This document shows positions 42,121 to 52,315 of a stretch of 64,000 nucleotides of DNA, one piece after another. The translations under genes and the position numbers were made by a program. Below the pieces are notes generated by a model. The model did no database searches. It had not been told where the DNA came from and worked only from the letters and a program-made list of their open reading frames with translations. This DNA comes from an uncultured Elusimicrobiales bacterium (GTDB lineage: Bacteria > Elusimicrobiota > Elusimicrobia > Elusimicrobiales > Elusimicrobiaceae). How positions within the stretch are numbered: the first letter of the stretch is position 1; every line of letters begins with the position of its first letter. The stretch covers positions 9,073-73,072 of the forward strand of contig CALUXG010000030.1 of the NCBI GenBank assembly GCA_944324685.1, in the 5' to 3' direction.

Positions 42121-44589
42121 TTATTTCAAAGAAAGATCCTCTGGGGTATTTTCCGGCGTTTGCGACTGCTGTGCAAAGTCTGTTTCCTGCGGCGCATTGG
42201 CTTCATCTGCAAGGGTTGTTTCTTCTGCGGAAAGATTTTCTGCTTCATCCTTGACGGCTTCTTTTTTGTCTTTCTTTTTGAATAATCCCAAGAATCCACC
42301 CAAACCTTTTTTTACGCTGCGGCTGACAAAATTATTGCCCATACCCTGCGTTACCAAAGACGTCACGGAAGAAGCCATGCTCATGCTGCCCTGAGGGTTA
42401 TCCAATGTCCCGCCCACTGTCAGCGTCAGCGGCATAATTCCGTCCTCATAATGTCGCCCGGGCGCGGCATTCACTTTCAAATCCAGCTCCTGCGTCTTAA
42501 AATTCATATCTCCCGTTAAATTAAAAGACATTAAATCCGAAACAAAAGACCCTTTTTCCACTTCCGCCGCTCCGTTGGTAAACGTAACATCGGTGGAGAA
42601 AAGTTCAAACGCCAGTCTTCCGTCCACTTTCTGTTCCGTATAGGGCACCAAAATCTGCACATCGTTTCCTTCGGCGTCTTTGACGGTCTGCACCACCATG
42701 TCGGCAGGTTTTTCTTTTTCATTTGTTACGGCGGAAAGCACGCCGCTGCCCAAACCGTTCAGTACGGCAAAAACATTGAGGCTGTTAATAACTTTGCTGA
42801 CCGCGCTTAAAGAGCCAAACATGACCTTGGTAAACAAGTTGGCATTGGTCAGCTTATTTAAGTCCTTAATTTCGCCTTGTCCTGTATTTAAGGACAATTC
42901 TCCGTGTGCGTTTTCTAAGGTGGAAGTCAAATTTTGCAAATCGGCGCTGAATACGATATCTTCCCCCCACAAATACGGTGCATCCAAAGAATCAATGCTG
43001 GCCTGCGCTTTGAGATTTACGGGAGGCAAAACAAAACCGCCGGCCGTTTGGGATGAAGCCTGCGTCTGAACGTCCTGCATCTGAGAAGAAGCCTCCTGTT
43101 CTAAAGCGGGCAGCGCCAAACGGGGCGAATGAAAAGACACCTCTGCATCCACATTTTTCCCATCATAGAGAAGCTCCACGGCGCCATTAAATTCGCCTTC
43201 ATTCAAACGGCCTGAAAAAGAGGGTATGCGTAAATGTTTTAAGTCTTTTAAGACGGCCCTCATATTAAAATCGGCCAACGTGCCGGCATACGGTACCGTC
43301 GCTCCGACACTCTGCAATTTCACATCCGCCGAAGCCGTGGACGGGCTTCCTTCGGCCGTTCCATATACCGTCCCGCGCGGCTGATACGGCTGCAGCATAG
43401 GCACCGCTTCCGCCGCCGCACGCAAATCGGCGCTAAAAGCTCCCGACACATTAAAATCCGGTTTTCCTGCCCATGCCACCGTACCGGAAGAAGAAACAAA
43501 GGATTTCAAACCCGTTATGGTAAATGAAGATATTTCTGCACGGCTGCGGCCCCAATCCGCCGCCGCGGACAGATAAACAGACGCTTCCGGCAATGCAAGC
43601 TGCACTTCAGAGGCCGTGGAGGAAGAATACACTACGGCGGAACGGGCGCCGGCCTGCAAAGAAGAAACATTCACCCGCTGGGCCGCTAAATCCGCCGCCG
43701 CGTTTATGCGGATATCCGCTTCATCCAGCTCAAAAGCCGGTATGTCAGCAGAGGCAAAACGCACCAGTTTATCCGTTACCTGCCGCATATTCAAATGCAA
43801 AGAAATTTCGGGATTTTCAAAATTTTTCGCTTCGCCGCGCAGTACAAATACGCCACCGTCATGTTTCAGCACCAAACGCGTAAGTTCCGCGGAAGCCGCC
43901 GCCAAATCCATTTGCTTCAAATCAGGCCATGCCGTCAAGCCCACTTCTGCTGTCTGGCGGGGCCATTGGGCAGTGGCATATGCCAAAGTTGCGTTTAGAC
44001 TGAGAGGAAAACGGCCGTCAAAACTAAAATCTTCAACAGAAAAAAACAAGTCTTCAATTTCCGCTTTCTGCTCCGCTTGTTCATCTGTAAAAATAATGTG
44101 CCCGTCCGTTACACGTAAATGGCGAACATTTAAGTCCAAAGAAAAGGCTTTGTCTTCTTCTTTTTCTTCCGAGACAGACGCTTGTTCCTGCGAGCCGAAC
44201 AAACCGTCAAAATTAAAAGAGCCGTCCGCATAACGCACAATATCCACATGCGGTTGCTCTATCATAACGGCTTTTACCAAAATCCGTCCGCGCAAAAGCT
44301 GCCAGAGACTCCAACGCAAAAAAACGCCGCGCGCGCTAAGAAGCGTTCCTTGTTTTTCTACGGAAGAATTGCCGGCGGAAATCTCCACCCCGCGCAAATC
44401 TAATCCGGTCAGACGCGCAGATACACGTTCAAAAGTAACGGGCCTTGCGGCAACGCGGCTTATTTCTTGTTTCAGAAAATCTTGTACGGGCTGCCAAGGC
44501 AGAACTACCCATAATAAAGTTTGCATGGATACCCATAAACCGCCAATGGCGGCCAATATCACATATAAAACATTAAGCGCTTTTTTCAT
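42121..44589 (-). CDS. AsmA-family outer-membrane biogenesis protein (large, N-terminally anchored)
   Basis: 822 aa with an N-terminal TM helix, a long beta-rich body, and a DUF748/AsmA-like N-terminal region (VTFERVSARLTGLDLRGVEI). Confidence 0.7.
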   Translation of the reverse strand: MKKALNVLYVILAAIGGLWVSMQTLLWVVLPWQPVQDFLKQEISRVAARPVTFERVSARLTGLDLRGVEISAGNSSVEKQGTLLSARGVFLRWSLWQLLRGRILVKAVMIEQPHVDIVRYADGSFNFDGLFGSQEQASVSEEKEEDKAFSLDLNVRHLRVTDGHIIFTDEQAEQKAEIEDLFFSVEDFSFDGRFPLSLNATLAYATAQWPRQTAEVGLTAWPDLKQMDLAAASAELTRLVLKHDGGVFVLRGEAKNFENPEISLHLNMRQVTDKLVRFASADIPAFELDEADIRINAAADLAAQRVNVSSLQAGARSAVVYSSSTASEVQLALPEASVYLSAAADWGRSRAEISSFTITGLKSFVSSSGTVAWAGKPDFNVSGAFSADLRAAAEAVPMLQPYQPRGTVYGTAEGSPSTASADVKLQSVGATVPYAGTLADFNMRAVLKDLKHLRIPSFSGRLNEGEFNGAVELLYDGKNVDAEVSFHSPRLALPALEQEASSQMQDVQTQASSQTAGGFVLPPVNLKAQASIDSLDAPYLWGEDIVFSADLQNLTSTLENAHGELSLNTGQGEIKDLNKLTNANLFTKVMFGSLSAVSKVINSLNVFAVLNGLGSGVLSAVTNEKEKPADMVVQTVKDAEGNDVQILVPYTEQKVDGRLAFELFSTDVTFTNGAAEVEKGSFVSDLMSFNLTGDMNFKTQELDLKVNAAPGRHYEDGIMPLTLTVGGTLDNPQGSMSMASSVTSLVTQGMGNNFVSRSVKKGLGGFLGLFKKKDKKEAVKDEAENLSAEETTLADEANAPQETDFAQQSQTPENTPEDLSLK

Positions 44590-45136
44590 ATTGCTCCGTT
44601 TGGCGGCTGTATATACAGCCGCAATAATTTTGGTTGTAAATCTGCATTTCTTTTATCAGCGCACTGCGCAGCTGTTCCGTCCCGCCTTTGCGCCAATTGG
44701 TCAAATCATACTCCACGCCTTCTTTTTGCGCCGCCCGCAGAGCGGCCTCATTCACCTGAGACAAATCTTTATGGCGAGAAATGCCCAACACGGATGAGAA
44801 AACCGTAAATCCATGCTCTTTTGCATAACGGGCCGCACGCCTCAGGCGCAACTCAAAACATACGCTGCACCGTTTTCCGCGCTCCGGTTCCCGTTCCAGT
44901 CCTTTTACGGCGCGGCGCCAAACCTCGGGTTCATAGGGCAAAGCTTCAAACGGCACGCCAAACCGCTCGCAAACCCGTTTATTTTCAGCCAAACGTTTTT
45001 TGTATTCCGATTCTTGATCTATATTGGGATTGTAAAATAATACGGCAAAACGCAAATGCCGTTCCGCCAATTTTTGAATAACGCCACATGAACACGGAGC
45101 ACAGCAGGACAGCAAAAGCAATTTATTTTCAGACAT
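44573..45136 (-). CDS. queH: epoxyqueuosine reductase QueH (DUF208)
   Basis: LLLLSCCAPCSCGV, KRCSVCFELRL and NYCGCIYS Cys motifs. Start trimmed to ATG 45136. Confidence 0.85.
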   Translation of the reverse strand: MSENKLLLLSCCAPCSCGVIQKLAERHLRFAVLFYNPNIDQESEYKKRLAENKRVCERFGVPFEALPYEPEVWRRAVKGLEREPERGKRCSVCFELRLRRAARYAKEHGFTVFSSVLGISRHKDLSQVNEAALRAAQKEGVEYDLTNWRKGGTEQLRSALIKEMQIYNQNYCGCIYSRQTEQYEKSA

Positions 45137-45142
45137 AATTAA

Positions 45143-45151
45143 ATTATAGCA
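45143..45151 (-). promoter_or_regulatory. extended -10 (TGCTATAAT) 6 nt upstream of the queH ATG
   Basis: Minus strand: TGCTATAAT-TTAATT-ATG 45136. No Shine-Dalgarno sequence. Confidence 0.45.
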
Positions 45152-45202
45152 GTTCTGAAAAAGACAACAAAAACACCCTTTGGAAACAAAAAACTCCATA
45201 TA

Positions 45203-45228
45203 AAAAGCCCCGCCAAAGCGGGGCTTTT
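45203..45228 (-). terminator. intrinsic terminator after rpsA
   Basis: aaaagccccgc (45203-45213) pairs with gcggggctttt (45218-45228). Confidence 0.65.
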
Positions 45229-45243
45229 CAATTACTGGCTAAA

Positions 45244-46449
45244 CTATTTTTCTTCTTCCGTCTCGGTCTCGGCTTCTTCCGTTTTGAAAGAATCTTCCAA
45301 AAGCTGGCCCAAAGTCGGCCGCGGCGCTTGTTTCAAGTACTGCGCGACCACTTTGCGGTTCTGCACTTGGTCATATTTCTTCACGGACAGATTGACCGTA
45401 AACGTCTCGGGATCCACACCCACCACCAAGGCTGTAATCACATCACCCACTTGGGCATTAAAGTCGCGGCCCATTTCGAAGGGGCTGATATGGCCTTTGG
45501 TATTATTCTTGCCGATGGTGCATTCCACGCCGTCTTCTTCGGAGATTTTCTCCACTTTGGCTTTGACGGAGCTTTTATACGGATAGCGGCGGCGCAAAGC
45601 GTCGGCCGGATTTAAGAACAATTGCTTCAGGCCAAACTCCAAGCGAGGCGTTTCTTTATCCAACTTCAGCAATTTGGCTTTCAAACGCTGACCGCGGCGG
45701 TAATTAGCCAACGCGGCTTCAGGTTCTTTCCACGCGATATTTTCCAAATTGACCACGCCTTCAATGCCGTGAAAACGAAGGAATAAGCGGTCTTTGTCCA
45801 CCTTGGCTACGACCACGCGCAGCACATCGCCTTCCTTGATTTGTCCCAGCACTTCGGTGCGGCGGACGGCTTCATCCTCTTCCAACACTTGCCGACGGGA
45901 AATGATAAGTTTTTGTTTTTCTTTGGAAAATTCCACAATAACGGCTTTAATTTTGGCGCCGACCGGCAAATAATGCTTATATGCCGTATGCAATTCGGAC
46001 AAAGACAAAGGCATAAAACCGCTCACGCCGAATACTTCCACTATATAGCCGCCTTTTACCGTTTGCAAGATAACGCCTTTGACGCGTTCTTTGTTTTCAT
46101 AAGCTTGTTTACAAATGTCCCAACCCTGCATTTCCAAGGCTTTTTTATGGGACAAAATGGAATGCCTTTCATCGTTTCCGCGTTTGACCAACACGGCAGA
46201 AACTTTTTCACCTACGGCGGGCAGCGTTTTGCCGGTAAACTCGCTGACGGCGATGGCGCCCTCTTTCTTGGCGCCGGTGTCTACCAAAATATAATCCCCC
46301 GTAATTTGTACAACCGTTACTTCCACAATTTCGCGTTTATTCAGATGTTCCGATAAAGACTCTTGCTGAGCAATCAACTCGTCCATGGTCATTTCAGGCT
46401 CGTTGGTCGTTTCCTCGGTATGTTTAATTTCTTCGTTAGTCGTCGTCAT
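45244..46449 (-). CDS. rpsA: 30S ribosomal protein S1 (short, about 4 S1 domains, acidic tail)
   Basis: Repeated S1/OB motifs (VKGVILQTVKGGYIVEVFGVSGFMP, GDVLRVVVAKVDKDRLFLRF and others), located after cmk as in many bacteria. Confidence 0.85.
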   Translation of the reverse strand: MTTTNEEIKHTEETTNEPEMTMDELIAQQESLSEHLNKREIVEVTVVQITGDYILVDTGAKKEGAIAVSEFTGKTLPAVGEKVSAVLVKRGNDERHSILSHKKALEMQGWDICKQAYENKERVKGVILQTVKGGYIVEVFGVSGFMPLSLSELHTAYKHYLPVGAKIKAVIVEFSKEKQKLIISRRQVLEEDEAVRRTEVLGQIKEGDVLRVVVAKVDKDRLFLRFHGIEGVVNLENIAWKEPEAALANYRRGQRLKAKLLKLDKETPRLEFGLKQLFLNPADALRRRYPYKSSVKAKVEKISEEDGVECTIGKNNTKGHISPFEMGRDFNAQVGDVITALVVGVDPETFTVNLSVKKYDQVQNRKVVAQYLKQAPRPTLGQLLEDSFKTEEAETETEEEK

Positions 46450-46497
46450 AAGTCCTTATTTGCGCCTGCCCCTGCGGGACCGGCGCGTTACCTCCGT

Positions 46498-47091
46498 TTA
46501 GATAGTAATTGAATTTATTTTTTCCATTATTTCATTAGCAAATTGTTTATACTGCGCCTTGGGATCCAACGCGCCATCCAGTTGCAAAGTAAACGGCTTT
46601 CCGAATTTTACGCGGATTTTGCGCACCCACGGCCAGCCGAACGTGCCTTGCACTTTTACGGGCAATACCGGCGCGCCCGTTTTATACACCAAAAACCCTA
46701 TTCCGCTTTTTGGTTTTTGAGGCTGTCCCGTTTTGGACCGCGTTCCTTCCGGAAACATCACAAGGCTTTCCCCGCGCCGTAAAACTTCTATAGCGCCTTC
46801 CAAAGCCCCAAAATCCCCTATGGTGCGTTTCCGATCCACAGAAATATAGCCGCACCTTCTAAAAAACCAACCCAGTACGGGAACGGCAAAAAGCTCTTTT
46901 TTAGCCATGAAACGCGAATCGCGCACCAACCCCGCAAAAGCGCCTATGGCCGGAGGATCAGCGTTGGACAGATGATTGCCCGCAATAATCAAAGCGCCGG
47001 AAGCGGGAATATTTTCCAGTCCGTCCACCTTAAAATCATAAAATGTCTTAAAGAACACCCTTGCAGTAAATTTTACCAAATTAAGCAACAT
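46498..47091 (-). CDS. plsC: 1-acyl-sn-glycerol-3-phosphate acyltransferase
   Basis: AGNHLSNADP (HX4D) and FPEGTRS motifs. Confidence 0.85.
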   Translation of the reverse strand: MLLNLVKFTARVFFKTFYDFKVDGLENIPASGALIIAGNHLSNADPPAIGAFAGLVRDSRFMAKKELFAVPVLGWFFRRCGYISVDRKRTIGDFGALEGAIEVLRRGESLVMFPEGTRSKTGQPQKPKSGIGFLVYKTGAPVLPVKVQGTFGWPWVRKIRVKFGKPFTLQLDGALDPKAQYKQFANEIMEKINSITI

Positions 47092-47764
47092 ACTTGTTTA
47101 TTTCCTTTACAACCGCCTCTATTACCTGTTCGCGGTTTAAGTCGGATGTATCAATTTGGCAAGCATCCGCCGCCGCCCTTAAAGGCGAAGCCGCGCGCGT
47201 GCTGTCTCTTTCATCGCGTTCTTTGATGGAGGTCAAAATATGCGTATAATCAGCTGGCAGTCCTTGGGCCAAAAGCTGTTTTAAGCGCCGCTGGGCGCGC
47301 ACTTCCGGCGCGGCGGTCAAATAAATCTTCACTTCCGCGTCCGGAAACACCACTGTGCCAATATCACGCCCTTCCAAAATAATCCCCCCGTCTTTGGCCA
47401 CCTGACGCATTTTTTCGGTCAATACCGCACGGGCCTGCGCATGCGTGGACACTTTGCTGGCAGTCTGAGCCACTTCGTCCAGATGCAATTGTTCCCCCAG
47501 ATACTCCCCGTTGACAAACATTTTCAATGTCGCATCCGGCTGTCGCTGAAAGACAAAACAAAGACTCTTGGCCTCCGCCAGTACGGCCTCAGCATCCGAC
47601 GGATCAATTTGTTTCTTAAATACGCTGTACGCCAGCGCGCGGTACAAACCTCCGGTACTCAAAAAACCGTATCCAAGCTTTTGGGCCGCGGCCTTGCCCA
47701 CCGTGGATTTTCCCGTTCCGGCCGTACCGTCTATGGCCACCACCGGCCCGTTTTTACGGCTCAT
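47081..47764 (-). CDS. cmk: cytidylate kinase
   Basis: VAIDGTAGTGKSTVGK and GRDIGTVVFPDAEVKIYLTA. Confidence 0.9.
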   Translation of the reverse strand: MSRKNGPVVAIDGTAGTGKSTVGKAAAQKLGYGFLSTGGLYRALAYSVFKKQIDPSDAEAVLAEAKSLCFVFQRQPDATLKMFVNGEYLGEQLHLDEVAQTASKVSTHAQARAVLTEKMRQVAKDGGIILEGRDIGTVVFPDAEVKIYLTAAPEVRAQRRLKQLLAQGLPADYTHILTSIKERDERDSTRAASPLRAAADACQIDTSDLNREQVIEAVVKEINKYVA

Positions 47765-48846
47765 GCCGCCTCCAGATTGTCGGTAACGCCTCGTATAGCC
47801 ATCATCAAGGCATCAGGACTGCTGGCCGCTGCCATAATTTGCTCCATATCCGCTTTCTGGCTCTTATACAATGCAGCCAAAGACTGGTCAAACGTATTCA
47901 TGCCGTAATATTCGCCGTTTTGTAAAGCTTTTATTAAATCGCTGGAGCGGTTTTCCGCAATCAGCTTGCGTATTTGCGGCGTACTGACCATAATTTCCAA
48001 AGCGGGAATCATACCGGAGCGAGTAGACGGCAGCAAGCGTTGGCAAATAATACCGCGCAAAAGCTCGGCAAGCTGCATACGCACTTGCTGATGTTGCTCA
48101 ATGGGAAAAGCTTCCGTCAAACGGGAAATGGTTTGCGCCACATTGACCGTATGCATGGTGGAAATGACCAACTGTCCCGTTTCGGCGGCGGAAATGGCCG
48201 CCTGCATGACTTCCGTGTCGCGCAATTCGCCGATCATAATAACGTCCGGATCCTGACGCATAGCCGCACGCAAAGCGCTTGTATAGGAGGGAGTATCCAC
48301 TCCCAATTCCAACTGACTGATAATGCACTGGTTCTCAGCATGCACAAATTCAATGGGATCTTCAATCGTCAGAATATGTCCGTTGCGGGAGCGGTTAATA
48401 TAATCCAGCATGGCCGCCATGGTGGAAGTTTTACCAGAGCCGGTCATACCCGTTATAATAATGAGACCGCGGCGATTGTCGGCTATTTTTTTCAGTGTTT
48501 CTTCCGGCAGGCTTAATTCCTTAAAAGAAGGAATTTTAAGAGGAATATGACGTATGGCCATGGCAATTTTGCCCGCTTGGTGAAAAACGTTAAAACGAAA
48601 ACGTCCATAGGATTTGGCGTCCAAAGAAAAATCCACAGAGCTGTACTGTTCAAAAATTTTGCGTTCCCGTTCGCCCATACAGGCATACGCCATTTTTTTC
48701 ACTTCATCATTGGGAATAAAAGAATCGTCTATGGGTTTGATTTTCCCGTTCAAACGCACATACGCGTTGGAATTGCCGCGGATATGCAGGCCGCTGGCTT
48801 TATTGTCCACCACTGTTCTGAGCAAACTTTGCAATCCTACCGCCAT
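47761..48846 (-). CDS. pilT: type IV pilus retraction ATPase PilT
   Basis: ASGLHIRGNS..., Walker A GMTGSGKTST, IEDPIEF, and IMIGELRD plus the TMHT His-box. Confidence 0.9.
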   Translation of the reverse strand: MAVGLQSLLRTVVDNKASGLHIRGNSNAYVRLNGKIKPIDDSFIPNDEVKKMAYACMGERERKIFEQYSSVDFSLDAKSYGRFRFNVFHQAGKIAMAIRHIPLKIPSFKELSLPEETLKKIADNRRGLIIITGMTGSGKTSTMAAMLDYINRSRNGHILTIEDPIEFVHAENQCIISQLELGVDTPSYTSALRAAMRQDPDVIMIGELRDTEVMQAAISAAETGQLVISTMHTVNVAQTISRLTEAFPIEQHQQVRMQLAELLRGIICQRLLPSTRSGMIPALEIMVSTPQIRKLIAENRSSDLIKALQNGEYYGMNTFDQSLAALYKSQKADMEQIMAAASSPDALMMAIRGVTDNLEAA

Positions 48847-48860
48847 ATACTTGTTCTCCT

Positions 48861-50009
48861 TTAACGGGTTTTCGTCATTTTTTTACGGCGCAGGAAAGCC
48901 GGAATAAGCATGGTATCATCCGTTTCCAGCGCAGCCTTAGGTTCGTCAAAAGTGGCGAACACGTTCTTTTTCAAATCAAATTTCTCCGGCACTATGTCCA
49001 GCGGACGGCGCACGTTAAAAAGATTGGCTTTTTCCGGACAGAATCCGGTGGCGATTACCGTAACTTTCAAAGTTCCGTTTAATGAAGAAGCATAGGAATG
49101 GCCGAACATGACAATCGTGTCGTTGCTGGCATACTGACGGATTAAATTCATGACTTCTCCCTGCTCCATAAGCGTCAAATTTTCATCAGCCAGAAAATGT
49201 ACGATAAACCCCTTGGCGCCGCGGATATCGGCGTTTTCCAACAAAGGAGACGATATGGCTTTTTTTACCGCCGCCAGATGCCGCCCCGGCCCACTGGCTT
49301 CCCCAATGCCGATCAGGGATTTGTGCGAATGCGCCATCACTTTGCGTACGTCATTAAAATCAATATTCATTTCCCCGGGTTTGGTAATAACGTCGGCTAT
49401 GCCTTTGACCGCTTGCAAAAGCACCTCATCTACCATTTTATATGCATCGCGGGAAGAAGTTTCCGTATTTACATTATCAAAAAGTTTTTCGTTGGGTATG
49501 ATAATCATGGAATCGGTATATTGTTGCATTTCTTTAATACCCTCGTCAGCCTGTTTTTCACGCACATACCCTTCAAAGTTAAACGGCCGCGTTACCACGC
49601 CGATTACCAACAAATCGTCTCCGTATAAGTCTTTGGCCAGCTTGGCCAGATATGGCGCCACGCCCGTTCCCGTACCACCGCCCATGCCGGCCGTAATAAA
49701 CAGCAAATCGGTTTGGCCAATAATCAATTTCAGTTTTTCCTTTGACTCTTCCGCGGCCAAACGGCCTTTTTTAGGCTCTCCGCCGACCCCCAAACCTTTC
49801 GTCGTTTTTTCTCCGACCTGCACCAGATACGGAGCTTTGTTTTTCCGCAAATCCTGCGCGTCGGTATTCACCGCAATGAAATCAATGTCTTGCAGGCCGG
49901 CTTCCACCATATGATTGATGGCGTTTCCGCCGCCGCCGCCCACACCAATAACTTTAATTTTGGCCTTTTTGCTTTCAAAAGCCTCAGCCGGCGTAAAAAA
50001 ATCGTTCAT
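48861..50009 (-). CDS. ftsZ: cell division protein FtsZ
   Basis: GVGGGGGNA and GGGTGTG tubulin signatures. Confidence 0.95.
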   Translation of the reverse strand: MNDFFTPAEAFESKKAKIKVIGVGGGGGNAINHMVEAGLQDIDFIAVNTDAQDLRKNKAPYLVQVGEKTTKGLGVGGEPKKGRLAAEESKEKLKLIIGQTDLLFITAGMGGGTGTGVAPYLAKLAKDLYGDDLLVIGVVTRPFNFEGYVREKQADEGIKEMQQYTDSMIIIPNEKLFDNVNTETSSRDAYKMVDEVLLQAVKGIADVITKPGEMNIDFNDVRKVMAHSHKSLIGIGEASGPGRHLAAVKKAISSPLLENADIRGAKGFIVHFLADENLTLMEQGEVMNLIRQYASNDTIVMFGHSYASSLNGTLKVTVIATGFCPEKANLFNVRRPLDIVPEKFDLKKNVFATFDEPKAALETDDTMLIPAFLRRKKMTKTR

Positions 50010-50025
50010 ACTCTCTCTCCATACA

Positions 50026-51276
50026 TCAGCCGCCGAATATATCCCAACCTTTCAGAAAACGCCCCAATTTGCCAAATACGGAAGCGCCTTTGGTATAATT
50101 GTCCCGTGCATAATCGTCATAGTCAACATTATTGGAGTCATACAGAACCAAAGACAAAGCAGTGCTGTACACGGGGTCAAAAAATTCATCCGGCGCCGTA
50201 ACCAAATCGCGCGGCACCACGCCGCGGCGCACTTCTTTTAAGCCCAAGATATTGACGGCCTGATCGGTCATGCCCGGCATCTGGCTTCCCCCTCCCGTCA
50301 GCACGCCTACGACGGCGGAATCTTTATAGCCCGAAGCGGCCACGCAGCGCTGTATCTGCTCAAACAATTCTTCCACCCGCGGCTGAATGATGTCCAATAT
50401 ATAACTCTTGGTAATATTGTGCGTACTGCGTCCGTCCAGAGACGTTACGGAAACTTCGCCTTCTTCATCTAAAAAAGTAGGGAAAGCCACCCCGTATTTC
50501 TCCTTGATTTCGCGTGCGTGCTGGCGGCTGGTGTGCAACAGACGCGAAAGATCGCTGGTAATTAAATCACAGCCGTACGGAATATCGTGCGAAAATTTCA
50601 AAATGCCGTTTATATAAAGGCCGACGGACATGGTTTCCCCGCCGAAATCAATGATCATAGAGCCTATTTCTTTTTCTTCCGGAGTCAGTACGCTTTCTCC
50701 CAGAGGCACCAGCCCGTAAAACATATTGTCTATTTTATAGCCCGGACGCTGTATGGCTTTGGCCAAGTTGTTCAAATGCGTGGAAGACCCCGTCGTAATA
50801 TGCACGTCCACTTCCAAAAGAGATCCTTCCATTCCCTCCGGATTGTTAATGCCGCGCTGTTTGTCTATGGAAAAGCCTTGCGTAATAACGTTTACAATTT
50901 CATTGTCATTTTTAATCGGCATGGCTTTGGCATTTTCCACGGCCAGCTCCATATCCGTCTGCGTAATTTCTTTATCCATGCGGGAAATATTGTATGTGCC
51001 GTGATTGCAAAAAGACTCCAAATGGGCGCCGCGGACGCCGACCAACAACGTGCCGATGTTTTTGCCTATATCCCGTTCTATGCCGCCCAGCAGATACGAT
51101 ACGGCAGCGGACGTCTTGCGTATATCGGACACCACCCCGCCGCGTACGCCGGTGCAGGCGATACTGCGTCCCGCCAAAATTTGCAAAGTATTTGTTTCAA
51201 AATCCTGCACGGCTGCGACAGCGGTCAGCTTTTCGCTGCCCACATCCAAACCGGCAACAATATTTGTCTTAGCCAT
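50026..51276 (-). CDS. ftsA: cell division protein FtsA
   Basis: Actin-fold motifs (GLDVGSEKL, IIDFGGETM, LTGGGSQMPG). Confidence 0.9.
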   Translation of the reverse strand: MAKTNIVAGLDVGSEKLTAVAAVQDFETNTLQILAGRSIACTGVRGGVVSDIRKTSAAVSYLLGGIERDIGKNIGTLLVGVRGAHLESFCNHGTYNISRMDKEITQTDMELAVENAKAMPIKNDNEIVNVITQGFSIDKQRGINNPEGMEGSLLEVDVHITTGSSTHLNNLAKAIQRPGYKIDNMFYGLVPLGESVLTPEEKEIGSMIIDFGGETMSVGLYINGILKFSHDIPYGCDLITSDLSRLLHTSRQHAREIKEKYGVAFPTFLDEEGEVSVTSLDGRSTHNITKSYILDIIQPRVEELFEQIQRCVAASGYKDSAVVGVLTGGGSQMPGMTDQAVNILGLKEVRRGVVPRDLVTAPDEFFDPVYSTALSLVLYDSNNVDYDDYARDNYTKGASVFGKLGRFLKGWDIFGG

Positions 51277-51319
51277 AAATCACCTAGAATAAAAGTCTGT
51301 TTTATGTATATTATAAAAA

Positions 51320-52141
51320 TTAATGGCCTTTCTGTCTCAAAAAAACTTTGCCATAGTCAAAATAAGCAAAATTCAACTCATGTGCGGAGGAGATGCCTTT
51401 TTCTTGTGCGACGGCCTCTATTTGCGCCGCACGGCGAGCCTTGGCCCGCAGGTTTTTGGCCTGTCCAAAGTCAATGACCGTTTCATCCGGCAGATATAAT
51501 TTTACCGTATTTTTATCCGTATTAAAGCGCAAAAAAGCAAAATTTAATTGTTTTTTTAGTTTTACCAGATCTTGTACCAACTCCACCATTTCAACGCCCA
51601 ATTTATTTGGTATGGCACCTTCCAGCTCCACCAAAGGAACCGTCTGCAAAGGATCCGGACTGGCGTCCGTATAAACGGTGCTGTCCTCGTCAATAAAATG
51701 CACGGCGCCGTCCGGCAGCATAAATTTGGCCACCGGCTCGCGTCGTTTGACATCCACTTTCAGTTTTCCGGAAAGCAGGCCCCTTTTGACGGATACCGCC
51801 CGCAATTGCGGATATTTTTTGCTGATTTCGCGTTGAAAATCCACCGCATCGGAAACGGAAAAATTTGTATCTATTTTTTTATCGGCGGCGGCTTGCAGCT
51901 CTTTGGCCAATACTCCGTCGGCACCGGATACAACGGCCTGTTTTACGCGCCAGCTTCCCATGCGGGAAGCGGAAAAAGCTTGATATGCTTTGGAGGCGCC
52001 AAAACATGCCGCCGCACACAATGCGACAAACAGCGAAAAGAAAACAACCGGTTTTAAGAAAGAAGAAGAAGTTTTTCTGCGGGATTGTTTCTTACGGCCT
52101 AATGCAGAAACGGGAGTAGAACAATAGTCATACTTTTTCAT
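51320..52141 (-). CDS. ftsQ: cell division protein FtsQ/DivIB (POTRA domain)
   Basis: N-terminal TM anchor plus a POTRA-like region (VKQAVVSGADGV...), located upstream of ftsA-ftsZ. Confidence 0.75.
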   Translation of the reverse strand: MKKYDYCSTPVSALGRKKQSRRKTSSSFLKPVVFFSLFVALCAAACFGASKAYQAFSASRMGSWRVKQAVVSGADGVLAKELQAAADKKIDTNFSVSDAVDFQREISKKYPQLRAVSVKRGLLSGKLKVDVKRREPVAKFMLPDGAVHFIDEDSTVYTDASPDPLQTVPLVELEGAIPNKLGVEMVELVQDLVKLKKQLNFAFLRFNTDKNTVKLYLPDETVIDFGQAKNLRAKARRAAQIEAVAQEKGISSAHELNFAYFDYGKVFLRQKGH

Positions 52142-52160
52142 GCCGCGGACCTAAAAAGAA

Positions 52161-52243
52161 TGGGCGGAAAGGGAGTTGAACCCTTAAGGACTTTCGTCCA
52201 CACGGTCCTGAGCCGTGCGCGTCTGCCATTCCGCCACCCGCCC
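52161..52243 (-). tRNA. tRNA-Leu (anticodon CAG), no encoded CCA
   Basis: Minus strand: GGGCGGGTGGCGGAATGGCAGACGCGCACGGCTCAGGACCGTGTGGACGAAAGTCCTTAAGGGTTCAACTCCCTTTCCGCCCA. It shows a 7-bp acceptor stem, anticodon stem CACGG/CCGTG with loop CTCAGGA, a long variable arm (GGAC-GAAA-GTCC), and T-arm AAGGG-TTCAACT-CCCTT. Confidence 0.9.
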
Positions 52244-52315
52244 ATTACAGGATATATTTTAGAAAATTGCTCTTTATTTTGCAACCAAATTCGCCTTTTT
52301 TTCAAAAAACGGACT

